Shown here: positions 27,351 to 38,819 of the stretch, one piece after another
Position numbering within the stretch: the first letter of the stretch is position 1
How the letters are laid out: every line of letters begins with the position of its first letter
Source of the DNA: Vicugna vicugna
Lineage: Eukaryota
Assembly: GCA_013265495.1 (NCBI GenBank)
Contig: MU058000.1
Span: 2,542,001 to 2,606,000, forward strand
Direction: 5' to 3'
DNA length: 64,000 nucleotides
The notes under the pieces: model-generated
Database searches by the model: none
The model's input: the letters and a program-made list of their open reading frames with translations, nothing else
What the model was told of the DNA's origin: nothing
Program-made: the position numbers and the translations under genes

Positions 27351-28831
27351 GTTTTTTTATGGTGACTGGTGTAAACAAGGATAAAGGAAAGAAATAACTG
27401 TCCTGATGATTCTAAGGCAGAGAGCAGAGGTGACTCTGAATTTGGTTTATGGAGGTTGCCTGGTCAGGGGCATTTGTCTGTGGTCCCACCTGACCCACCT
27501 GATAGAAGAGGAGCGTTTCCAGGGGGCAGTGTTGCTCACAGAGCACAGACCCCGGCTTGTCTTCTGTCCATGTAGGCTCTCAGGTCAGCAGAAGAATGGT
27601 CAGATTCCAAATCAGAGTTTCTTTATCGTATTAATTTCTTCCATCATATCTGCCAGTGTGATTCTCATTTAAATAACAAACCAAGCTTCATGGAAACAGG
27701 TAGGTGTATGTGGTGTTTATACTAGCAGAATAGATTTTTGGCACTGTACACTTCTTTCTGGAATCACCGGCTAGATATCTTTTTTCAGGAGAACAGATAT
27801 TGCAATTTTAAGAAATGTGTACATATCTGTCTCCCAGAATTTAAAATTAGCCCCAGAAATGTTATTCAGAGTTTCCTTCTATGATTCATGATCTGAATAG
27901 CAGAATCCAAGTTTTTTTTTTTTTTCCACTACGGACAGGCCAACAATTACCTAGAAATTCTATCAAAAACCTAAGATCATATATCTTCTTGCCAGAGACC
28001 TGTATTCCTCACATACAAAGTTTCTATGTGTATAAGGAAAACAGTGTCTTACAAGAGGTTGAAATGATCAGAAAATATCATCAAACAAAAATGAACCACG
28101 GGATTCCATGTGGTGAACACAAACACCGTAGTGACTATCACTCATTAATCCCACTGGAAATGGGTCAAGTCGGTTATAAACCAGCACATGATGGTATTCA
28201 TGCTGTCCTCTGTTATGTACTCAGTTTCTGAATTTCTGGCTTGGAACCATCTCTTGGCTCATTCACACATCCACCTTTAATATGATATATTGTTTATTAG
28301 ACATTATTATTGCTATTATTATTATATGCATGTCTAGTTTTTTTTTTCAACAGAAGCTCTTCCTGAAGATATATGTGTTACCGGAGAATCCTCTTTGTTT
28401 TATTTTATTTTTCCCAATGCTACAGCATCTTCTGAAATATTGTCTTCTAAGTCCCATTCATACCTCACTCATCCCACCTGTCTACCAGTATCTTTTTTCT
28501 CTTTTTTTCTGTAACACTGCTTCATCAGAAAGCACAGATTATAGTAGAGGTCCATGGACAGAAAACATTCTTTTCTCATTTTTGTTTTTCTGCTTAGTTT
28601 TCTTTGTGCAAATGAGGCGAAACAAGGATAGTTAACAATCAAACTAGTTCACCTTTAATGAGAAAGAGGGCCTGAGTTACCACGCTGATCCTAGTGTGAA
28701 AGCCAGGTTTGGGAGATGTGACAGGATGATGGATTTTCTTAACACACATGAAGATACAAACTGTCAGAATGTGGAAACAGACGTTAACCTAATTCCTTTA
28801 CCATGGACAGGGTGCCAGCTCCCTCTGAAGC

Positions 28832-28890
28832 TGAGTCAAGTGCCCCTTTAAATGAGATGCCCACAGAATCTCCAAATACTGGTGACGTCA
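28832..28890. promoter_or_regulatory. AP-1 (TGAGTCA) and full CRE (TGACGTCA) motifs
   Basis: TGAGTCA at 28832-28838 and TGACGTCA at 28883-28890, in apparently non-repetitive sequence. Motif presence only. Confidence 0.3.
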
Positions 28891-30129
28891 GTCCTTTTTG
28901 ACTTGCTGTTTTTGGGGGGTGGCACAGTACTAGGAGTTGGCATTAGCCTAACACACTTTGTTATTTCATTAGGAAGATCAATCTTCCTGCTTTTGGCCTA
29001 TTTCTACACTGAAAAGGAGTGATCAGTCATCAGTGAGTGTGCTGCCAAAAAGTTTGGTAAAGTCAGGAGCCATTCCAAATGGGAATTAATGGGGAGCAAA
29101 AACGATCTTTTCATATTCTCAGGCTTCATAATATATGGCAATCTGTCTCTAGGTGGGGCTGCAAATCAATTAAGCATGAATGATGTATATAGTGTAGATT
29201 GTGACCTTAACAAGTTGTCTTGTCTCCGCCTTGATGTTTCCATCTGGTTTCTGCAAGGACTGTTCAGATAATACAGCAAAGGGGAAGATTATGATTTCAA
29301 AGGGAACAGCCATTATGGGTCACTATCTTCCTGGGCCTGATAAGTTTAATCCAAGTTGCCTGGGAGGGAAGAACTCATAAAATACTTTATCTGAAGCAAG
29401 TGCAAAAATACTCATAAACTCAAAGGTTAATCACTGCACCAGAGGAACAGATGAAGGAGACGGGGCGATTTTATGTTTCTTTACTGTGCTGCCCTTATTA
29501 ATCATGTTGTGAGTTGCTTTAAAATATGTGCCTGCACTTTATTTTAAAAGACAAGCGGAAAGACTGACAGACACAAAAAACGAAGTTGGAAGCATGGTGG
29601 TGTGATTTATTCATCTTTCCTTCTACTGGCCAGTATTTGCAGGAGATATAATTAAGGTTAGGATATGTATTTAGTTTTATTGTTGAACTCTATTTTATTT
29701 TCAGTCTATACTTTTTTTTTAATGTTTTACTTAATTTAAAATTCAACATTTTTATTTATACTGAGCTTCAGGTATTTATTTCATTTGTCTTTTGTGCAAG
29801 TGATGTTATTTTAAAATGATACAAGGAAAACTTGACCCTCTGTGTAATGATCCCTTCAGATTTCACTGAACAGCATGTAAGTGGGTTGGAGAATTATGCT
29901 AATAGAGTTGTTGTTGATCAATCAGCAAATGAGCTCCATTTCTGCGTCTATATTCATGCAGGACATCTTTGGACAAGAGCATAAAGGGTCTACACAGGTG
30001 TAAGTTAGACAAAGTACACAGAAAGTTCCCTGTATATTGTGTACATTGATGTGATAGGATCAATATTAATACATAATTAAACAAATTTACTCTATATTGG
30101 TCTTATTTAAATCAGTGATTGGGAATCTT

Positions 30130-30446
30130 TGTCTTTAGGAGACAAAATAATAAAGAGTCTCAGCTTTACAGACAGTGTGGTCTTCGCCATTACAGTGTGA
30201 AAGCAGCCACTGATAACATGCCATCGAATGCACATGGCTGTGTCTCAATAAAACTTCCTTTAACAAACAGGGAAGGTGCAAAATGGCCCTTGGGCACTAG
30301 GAATAGACTTACCATATGACCCAGGAATCCCACTCCTGGGCTTATACCCAGAAGGAAATCTACTTCAGGATGACACCTGCACCCCAATGTTCATAAAACA
30401 GGGAAGGTGCAAAATGGCCCTTGGGCGATAGTTTGCTGAATCCTGG
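30130..30446. mobile_element. MER58A-like hAT element, interrupted
   Basis: gtgtgaaagcagccactgataacatg...atggctgtgtctcaataaaactt...acaaacagg...tggcccttgggcgatagtttgctgaatcctg matches the MER58A end. Confidence 0.75.
30296..30395 (+). mobile_element. 100-bp internal L1 ORF2 fragment between perfect 31-bp direct repeats
   Basis: Translates without stops to LGIDLPYDPGIPLLGLYPEGNLLQDDTCTPMFI, matching the L1 ORF2p C-terminal LPYDPAIPLLGIYP...TCT.MFI region. The repeat aaacagggaaggtgcaaaatggcccttgggc lies at 30265-30295 and 30396-30426. Confidence 0.9.
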
Positions 30447-30818
30447 TTTAGATTATGTCTAAGAGTAAAATAAGTCAGATGTTTAGAAACTGTGTGTTTT
30501 ACTTCGTTACTGCATAGAGTGCATCTGAAAGCTTTTCCTTTTTTTTCCATGCAGTTCCTCTTTAAGGGTTATAAACCCAGGTGCTTACAACGGCCAGGAA
30601 GTAACTCAAATATATCTAGCTGAAATGGAATAATATTACAAAGTGTGGTGGGGCTTGGGATTAACTTGAGCCTAGGTGTTCTAATTCTTAAAATGACTGC
30701 ACCAAGGTTTGGCCCAATTTGCAATTTCTGCTCTACATAGCAGTTAGAATGTCCCTCTGCTTGGTATGGCCATACCTATGTGATTCTGAAGATCTGCTTG
30801 AAGAAGAGCCCATCCCTT

Positions 30819-31462
30819 TGAGGCAGGAGGGAAGGGGACAGGGCACAGCCATTCAAAGACTGACACAGCAGTTAACATGAGGATGGCGGAAAGTTCAACT
30901 CCCAATAGGTCTTGAGGCGCAAGATGGTGGGAGACTTGAATTCCAGTAGACCTTGAGCTTCATTCTACGCTCATTGTAACGTATTAGTGCGGTAAATGGC
31001 AATCCCACAGCACCATGACAGTTCTGAGGCTGATCATAAAAGGTCAAAAAGCAGGCAATGGCCCAATTTCTGGGAATCCCCACCTCTTCCCGAAAGTAGT
31101 TGGAATAATCCTCCCACTTGTTAGCATATGAAGGTACCAAGCCCCTAAAAACAACAGCCCCCACACCTCATGGTCACTCACCCTTCTGTACTCTGCCTTT
31201 GGGGTGTGTAACACCCTTTACTTTGAACTGAGCACCCAATCCCCACACCTTGTGGCTTTCCTTGTGCCTTCTGAAACAGCTTGCACTCTGTCTGTGGAGT
31301 CTGTATCTCTCTAAATAAATCTACCTTTATTCAACTGCGGCTCTCTCTGAATTCTTTCCTGCATGAAGCCAAGGACTCACACTTGGTGGGGTGCATCCCA
31401 GGGACTCACCTGAGATCTGGGACGCCGCCATCCTCTTGCCCTACATTCTTTTTCCTATTTCA
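30819..31462 (+). mobile_element. ERV1 solo LTR, MER41-like
   Basis: TG...CA termini. MER41-type motifs: caagatgg, cagcaccatgacagtt, ttctgggaat...ttcccgaaa...gaataatcctcccacttgttagcata, AATAAA at ~31314, gaattctttcctgcatgaagccaagga. Possible 4-bp TSD cctt/cttt. Confidence 0.8.
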
Positions 31463-32184
31463 CTTTCAATCGCCCATCTAATCATTGCCTTCTCCATTAG
31501 TATTAGTGTAAAAATGTATTGTTCCTCTCTCTTTCAAAATCTAAAGATATTTTTGAATTCCCTTAGGACACGGTTGTTTCTCCCCACTTGACTGTTATCT
31601 TGAATTATGAAGTATAGTCACACAGTGTCTGATTCAATGAAAATCCCCCCTTTTTCAAAGGGCATATCCTCTTTCTGCGTGAAACGTCTTATGACTAATT
31701 TATTTTCAGATAATCGCTGTCATCCCAAACTTTGTGATTTAAACTCCCACTATCTGAAATCAGGAATCAACAGAATTGCATATATTTTTTAAATGAAATC
31801 TTTACTATATGACATCTCATTACCTTCTATCTCAAACTCAAGACAATTTTTAGAAAAAAGTTAAATAATGTCCTATATTTCCTTATCCAAACTCATATTC
31901 TAAACTCATGCTGCTCAAATAAGAAAGTCAATAGATGTGGTTAGCAGGGAATGCTTAAAGTGGATGGTAGCTCGAGGCTTTCAATGGCACTCTCTTTTAT
32001 AATCCACTAGGACCATGTCGTGAGTTAATAATTATCAGAAGCCCTTTCACAGCAATTTACTCCCATCATCAGATGGGCTTTGAAAAAAATCTGAATTTGC
32101 CATGACCTCCAACAGTATACAGAAAGGAGGCTTTGCTGACAACTCCAGGTTAACTTTTGACATATTCCCCGTTGAAAATTCTGC

Positions 32185-32750
32185 TCAAGCCACACTAGCC
32201 TTTCAGTTTTGCAAAGGCATTTCCTACCTTTGAATATTTTACCTGCTCTCTGCCTTCTGAAAACATTTCTTCCATTCTTCCTGTGGTCGACGTCCCTTCA
32301 CCCTTCAAGTCTATACTTGTGATGTCCTTTAGAAAGGATATTCCTTGCCCTTCTAGAAAAAAAATGCCACTTCTTCATTCAGTTCACAAACATTAACTAA
32401 GTATTACTATGCACCAGATGCTCTGCAAGGCACTAAAGATATGATGATACACAAGACATACTGAGTCCCTTTCTTCACAGGCCTTACATGCTAATAAATC
32501 ATAAAGTTCCCTGGGGTGATTTCCTCCTGTGTTCTCTTATTCCACACTTCCTGGCTCTACTCAATGTAAACTTACTTTTAATTTAGCATGCATTGCAATC
32601 TGCAGTTTTTCCATTTGCTGATTTTTGGCAAACATATACTACTATGAACTCCAGAAACTCTGTCTCATTCACCATGGAACCTCTGGCATCTAGCACTCTA
32701 CCTGGCACACAGCAAGCATGTTATACTTATGGACATAATGGCTGGATGCA
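32185..32750 (+). mobile_element. L2 3' fragment with a nested opposite-strand L2 piece (~32373-32495)
   Basis: cccttcacccttcaagtct...tgtctcattcacc...ctagcactctacctggcacacagcaag. Nested piece: ttcattcagttcacaaacatt...tactatgcaccagatgctctgcaaggcact. Confidence 0.6.
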
Positions 32751-32978
32751 ATAAAAAGTCCAATACTTTCCCATGCTTCGATTTGACTCAAATTTTCAAT
32801 GAAACACTTCTCAGATATCAGGTGCTCAGGTTGGTAAATGTAAACAGAGATAAGTTGTCTTGAACGTACATATTGAGATCTATAGCAAATATTTATAAAA
32901 TTAAAGTGGTTTAACATACCATTTAACACCTATATACAAATGGATCTTCAACAACTGAACAAAACAATAAGGGCCACC

Positions 32979-33681
32979 AAGTGTGATTTTATTCTTTTGT
33001 TCTGGTTTTCATCAAGTCGACAGGCAGTTCTTATTTGGAAGTAGTTCAGATTCAGTTTGAATATAAATATGTTGAGATAAACTGTCCGATGGGTGTCACA
33101 GATTTGGCTGAGTGTGGCATGCAGCTATTTTGATGTTTAGAAATGAAACTCACATCACTTACTCCGAGACTCTGGTAAAAACTCATCTGGACTGTTTACA
33201 TGAGTCCCATTTTTCCACAAAAATAAGAAAATAAGTTGTGGGATAAACACAAAAAAACTGCTTTCAAAGATCAGCTCAAAATATGATCTGATCACAAGCA
33301 TCTTTGTGTAGTGTGTTTTCTATTAAATGAAAACGTTTTATTTTTTAACCTTTATACCACTTCTTTCATAGCATAACAGATAATTACACATTAGGATATG
33401 TTTTTCTATGAGCAAATGATAATGTTTAAGTGTGATTTTGTTCTTTTGTTCTGGTTTTCATGAAGTCAACAGGCAGTTCTTACTTGGAAGTAGTTCAAAT
33501 TCAGTTTGAATATAAGTATGTCGAGATAAACTGTCCGATGGGGAGCACAGATCCTGCTGAGTGTGGTGTGTAGCCATGACGCTTAGAAATGAAACTCATA
33601 TCACTTACTCCAAAACTTTGATAAAAACTCATTTGGACTGTTTACATGAATCCCATTTTCCACAAAAATATGAAAATTAGT
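32979..33681 (+). repeat. Spaced direct repeat, ~255 bp x2 (32979-33236 and 33428-33681)
   Basis: Manual alignment gives ~28 substitutions and 2 small indels (~89% identity). The spacer is ~190 bp of unrelated sequence. Confidence 0.95.
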
Positions 33682-34452
33682 GACCTGCGGGTAAAGCTTG
33701 ACTTACAGAAACTAATAAATACCTTCATTTATATTTATACTACCATATTGAATAGTTCCAGTATATTCTGCTAGGAAAAATGGGAACAATCCTAGTTATA
33801 TTGCCAGATTTTAAACCTATGCATGATGAGGCAAAAGGCTTTATCAAACATAAGCACTATAATCAAAGCTGTCAGTAATAGTTTTGAGGACCTGCTCATC
33901 ACTGTCTCAATTTCTCAAGAAGTTCAGATGTGCATGTTGGTAATAATTTTTTCAGGAGCTGAAATTTAAAATGAGTTACATGAAACTGAAACAAAGGAAG
34001 CACCCCCATCTCTTGCTCCTGCTAATCTCTCAAGTTGTACAACACTTTGGTTTCATGACTGAAGGAAGATATGAAAAAAATGTGCTAAGGATCCAGGATA
34101 TTAAATAAACATGGATATTAATGAGAGCAACTGGATCATCATTCTAAGACAAAGATGAATTAGGAGCATTGGTGAGACACCAAGAGGATCAGCAGAAACT
34201 TAGACATGGGAGAATCCTTGTCTCTTGAATCATTTGCCTCATTCTCTATGTACAAGTCAGAACAGAGATCAAGGGATAGTCAAAAATGGGAAAGATTGTC
34301 ACACTGGAAACTAATCAGTACTGGTGGACACAGAACAGACTTAGAACCCCTGTTATATAGGGCAATATAAGGGAAATATTTGCAGCTTCTCTAAAGATCA
34401 TGAAATTTTGGAAATTGGTGACAATCCAGTGCCTACCAAGTGCCATGATGAA

Positions 34453-34574
34453 GGGGGAGGGCACAGCTCAAGGGGTAGAAGGCATGCTTAGCAAGCACGA
34501 GGTCCTGGACTCAATCCCTGTATCACCTCTGAAAGCAAATAAACCTAATTATCTCCTCCTCCCCTACAAAAAAA
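34453..34574 (+). mobile_element. Camelid tRNA-derived SINE (vic-1-like)
   Basis: gggggagggcacagctcaaggggtagaaggcatgcttagcaagcacgaggtcctggactcaatccc...aaataaacctaattatctcc, then an A-run. Pol III A/B-box-like motifs; flanked by ccatgatga repeats. Confidence 0.8.
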
Positions 34575-34678
34575 CCTACCAAGAAAAAGACCATGATGAT
34601 AACTATAAATAGTGTGTCTTGTGTCTCCTGGCAGGAAACTTTAGCAAAGCATCCAATGTGCCTTTTAGGTTGGAGAAG

Positions 34679-35122
34679 TATATTAGGGTTCTCCAGAAAA
34701 AGAGAGCCAATATAAAAGGAGAAATATGATGAGGAATTGGCTCACATAATTATGGAAGCTGAGAAGTCCCACCGACTGCTGTGAGCAAACTAGAGACTTG
34801 GGAATGTCTGAGTCCAAAGGTCTGTGAACCAGGAGAGCTGAAGGTTTAAATCCCAGTCCGAAGGTAGGAGGGGATAAAATGGGATGTCTCAGTTCATCCA
34901 TTCAGGCAGAAAAAAGGGCAAAGTCCTCCTTCTGCCTTCAGTGCTATTCAAACCCCCAATAGATTGAATGATGCCCACCCACACTTGGGGGGCGGGCACC
35001 TACTTTACTTAGTCCCCCAGTTAAAATGCTAATCTCATCCAGAAACACCGTCACTCTTAAGAAATATTGCTTCACCTGGGCACTCTGTGGCCACTCAAAT
35101 TGACACAAAATTAATGATCACA
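34679..35122 (-). mobile_element. MLT2 (ERVL) solo LTR
   Basis: tattagggttctccagaaa...gaggaattggctcacataattatggaagctgagaagtccca...gattgaatgatgcccacccacact...aaatgctaatctcatccagaaacacc...ttgacacaaaattaatgatcaca. Confidence 0.9.
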
Positions 35123-37809
35123 GAAAGTAACCTCCGTATTGGAGCAGGGGCATCTCTTTTTGGCTTATGTGCATGTTTTGTTTGGTGCCCAGGATAGGCC
35201 AGTCCTCTGTTAAGGCAACACTGCTAGCATTTATTACCGGCTACCCTACAAACAGGGCACATGGCACCCAGTGTACAAAATTCCCTTTCTTCAGACCTTG
35301 AATATTTTTTGACTCATTCATCTGCTGCCCTTATATGTCTCTTCAGTGCACATGAGTTTGTGATTCCTGAATTATATCCTGATTATTTGCTGTGAGACAT
35401 ATTCAATTTCCCACTAAACGTGCCTACTTTCTTTTTTATGTATATCTGTTTCGTGTTTCCTATTTTTAAATTTCTGACTCAGCATAATAATAATTTTTGA
35501 CTTTTTTTGGATAAGTGTATATTTCCCATATTTTAACACATAGTTTTTCATATTTCAACATTTGAAATCAAGGACTCATTTTAACACTAATGTGCTTATT
35601 TAATATTATGTTCTGCTTTTTTTTCCCCCTAAAAAGCTGTTGTTAAATTATCGGTGTATCTCAAAATTGTTGGTATCATAGAATTCAGAAAATACAACAA
35701 CAATTTTTGGACTCATCTTAAGGCGATTTTTTTTTTCTAGGTTCTGATTCATTCAGGGATACTGAATCTTATCTGAAGATCTTGTTTTATACTTGTTATT
35801 TATTTCTTTTCTTTTTTTTTTGGTCTACTTTTTTAAACCCAGAACAACTGTTGGAAGCACGTGATACAACCAGAAGCACACAACTGACCTGTGCAGAGCT
35901 GAATTTCATTTTTTTCTTGTTTCTGCCCATGGGAAATAAATATAAAGCTTTCTGTTTCTACATTTTAAAAGCAAACACATGTCTAAATGCACACCCCTGA
36001 ATGTTTTCTGAATATGTTTTCTTAGCAATATAAAGCAAATCACTAAGGTCCAAGAATTCACGGCTTTTATTTACACTTGGTTTTACTTGACATCACTTCT
36101 GAATTTTCGAAGAAACCTGCTGGATATTGACAGCTGAGAGAATGGGCAAACGTTACTACCCTTTCTCTAGGGGCTCGTGTCGGATAATTACTCATTTGAC
36201 TAGCTGCTGTGATAATCTGTCTAGACTTAGGTCTTGAATAGGAGCCAAGTGTCTTCATTAAAGTGACTTTTAATAACATATTTCTATAATCCTAGTGAGC
36301 AAAATAGAGAGCATTGGAAACTCCTCGGGGACTTTCAGATTAACTATTGTGTTTGCATCTCAGGTTGTTCTGATTTTGTTTATAAGGAAGGCTTAGCTTG
36401 GGGAATAGACTGTCAGCATGAAAAATATGCAGAGCTATACAATATGATGTTTTATGTAAATGAAACTGTGCAATGAGTCCAGTCTCTTTAGGTGGTCTTA
36501 AAAATTCAAAGCAGGGCATCTTGTTCTATTTTAGGCACTATGCTACATTATGAAATTAGTTATATAATTTTCTTAAACAACAGTGTCAGAGAAATGGAAA
36601 ATGTACTAACAAAGTTCTGATGAAGTAAAATTTATTATGCTGAATGATGGTACATTAATCCTGGCCATTAGATTAACAGAAGGATATATTTTGGTTTACT
36701 AAATATTTTTCACCTATGATTCTGAACTAGATTTAATCAGTTGAATAAGATGAGACACTGAAAGGAAAAGTCTCTAGCAAAATTCCCCAATTTTCTTTAG
36801 GTAATGCATAATTTTAGCATTGGTTTTCAATTGGTTTTATTTTTTTCTGGCTCTGTTTACTCTTATATAATTTATCAGATGGTCCTTAAAATCAGTCCAA
36901 TTTACTCTATACGATGCTTTAAATTAAAAAACTACTTTATCTGGTTATTTTTGAATCTCACATTTATTCTCTTTTCCCCTACTCTATGTCTGTGTACCAG
37001 GTTGCTAAATACAACTAGAATTGTGTTGGCATATATATTTACTTAATGAGTGAGCTTAAACAAATAGGTTTAATTGGAAATTATAAGAAGTTTTCTTTTT
37101 TAGCATACATAGTGAATGCTTTAATCCTTTACTAGTTACTTCAGGGTTGCAAAGTCACAGTCTGTAACTTTTAAATATTACTGAGTATTAAAAGAAATGA
37201 ACCATAGAGAGCAACCAGTGCCAATCTTCCTGCTTAAAAGCTCCATCAGTTCCCTGGCTTACCATTGTCTCACGGTATATGGTAGAGCTAAGATTTCGAT
37301 ACAACACAGGGCGTTGGGTCTTGGATCAAAGCTCTGTGACCTCCATCACAGACCCATTTTTTGTAAGTTGCTCAAACATTATTCTTCTCTAACTCAAAAG
37401 AAGCACACCCCATCTTAATATTACAACATGTGGAGTCTACAGCCATAATGGCTTTCGATTTTATTTTGAATGGGCATTATCTTACTGAACTTAATTTTTC
37501 AAATAAAAATATTCCACTTTATTATCTCCTTTTAAAAAAATTAATCTTTACTTAATCACTCTCTTAAAGCAGAGCCATTCGCAGGGCCTTTCGATGCCCA
37601 AGGCATCTCTTCCACGTCACCAGAAACTGAAAACTTGCCTCAGTCCTTGGTAATTTCTGCCAAGTAACTCAATGACCAGAACCTACTTTTGCTCTCCTTT
37701 TACAATGATTTTAAATTCAGATTGATTGATTATAAATGCTTATGAAATGTGTGTAAGTGAATAATGATTCAAGAAGTACTCAGGCTAAATATAAGAAAAA
37801 ATATGTAAT

Positions 37810-38500
37810 TACTGTCTGTAGATTCCCTTGTGCAAATCTCCCTAATCCCATTTCTTCTTCCTCTTTCACTAGATAATTACTAATCTGAATGCAGTTTTAC
37901 TTAAATCTTGAACTTCCTCTGTAGTTTTATCCTGTGCTTTCATCTATACATTGCTTAGTTTTGCACAGATTTTTTTGTTATATGGAAAAGTAATAATAGA
38001 GTATATTTTCTCATGTCTGTAGCTTTTTTGCTCAATATTGTAGTACCAAAATTCATCCTTGTGGTTGTATCCAATTGTGATTCTTTTTGGCCATTGCTAT
38101 ATGTATGTAACTTCATTGTATGAATACATTGTATTTTTAAAATCCATTGAATCATTGATTGATACTTAAGTTTCTGCCAAATGTTTTCTATTTCCAACAG
38201 TATTGGTTATTGGTATTCTTAAATATTCATATTTTATACTTGTTTTCTGCATCATATGTTCAAGATTTTCCCTAAGAGAGATTTCTGGGAGTGGAATTGC
38301 TGAATTATGCATATGTACATCTACACAAATTATGCCTGTTCTTTCCTTCCAAAATGATTGTGCAACTCTCAGTGTTTAAAAGACTTAGATGTTCAATATC
38401 TGTATTAAATCTTAATAATGCTAGACTTTTAAAGTTTCCATCCTGTTAGTTTTAAACAATATTTCAGTGTTATTTCTGTTTATTATAACAATGCTTATCA
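37810..38500 (-). mobile_element. Old L1ME-type 3' fragment
   Basis: ttttttgctcaatattg...aaattcatccttgtggttg...ccattga...ttgattgatacttaagt...ggagtggaattgctg. Confidence 0.65.
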
Positions 38501-38509
38501 TTTTTACAC

Positions 38510-38819
38510 ATGTACTTATTTACAAAACAGAAACAGACTAACCACATAGAAAACAAACTTATGCTTATGTGGAGAAAGGGAGTGGGAAGGGATAAATTGG
38601 GAGTTCAAGATTTGAAAATATAAATTACTACATATAAAATAGATAAAAAAGAAGTTTCTTCTGTATAGCACAGGGAATTATATTCAATATGTTATAGTAA
38701 TCTATAATGAAAAAGAATATGAAAATGAATATATGTATATATATATATATAAGACTGAAATATCATTTTGTACATCAGAAATTGACACACTGTAAACTGA
38801 CTATACTTCAATTAAAAAA
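38510..38819 (+). mobile_element. L1 3' end (cetartiodactyl type)
   Basis: acttatttacaaaacagaaacagact...gggataaattgggagttcaagatttg...gtatagcacagggaattatattcaatat...gactatacttcaattaaaaa. Confidence 0.9.

Noticed and set aside
27881..28635. ORFs of 116 aa and 117 aa
   Set aside because: No recognisable homology, T-run-derived composition and no convincing splice structure.
32979..33681. Direct repeats as a CRISPR array or LTR pair
   Set aside because: Only two long copies in mammalian DNA, with no clear TG...CA termini, primer-binding site or polypurine tract.
34453..34530. tRNA-like sequence (also at 49605-49675)
   Set aside because: These are SINE heads with degenerate boxes, A-tails and TSDs, not tRNA genes.
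35515..35695. Possible ancient Tigger-like element
   Set aside because: The resemblance is too weak to assign a family without an HMM search.
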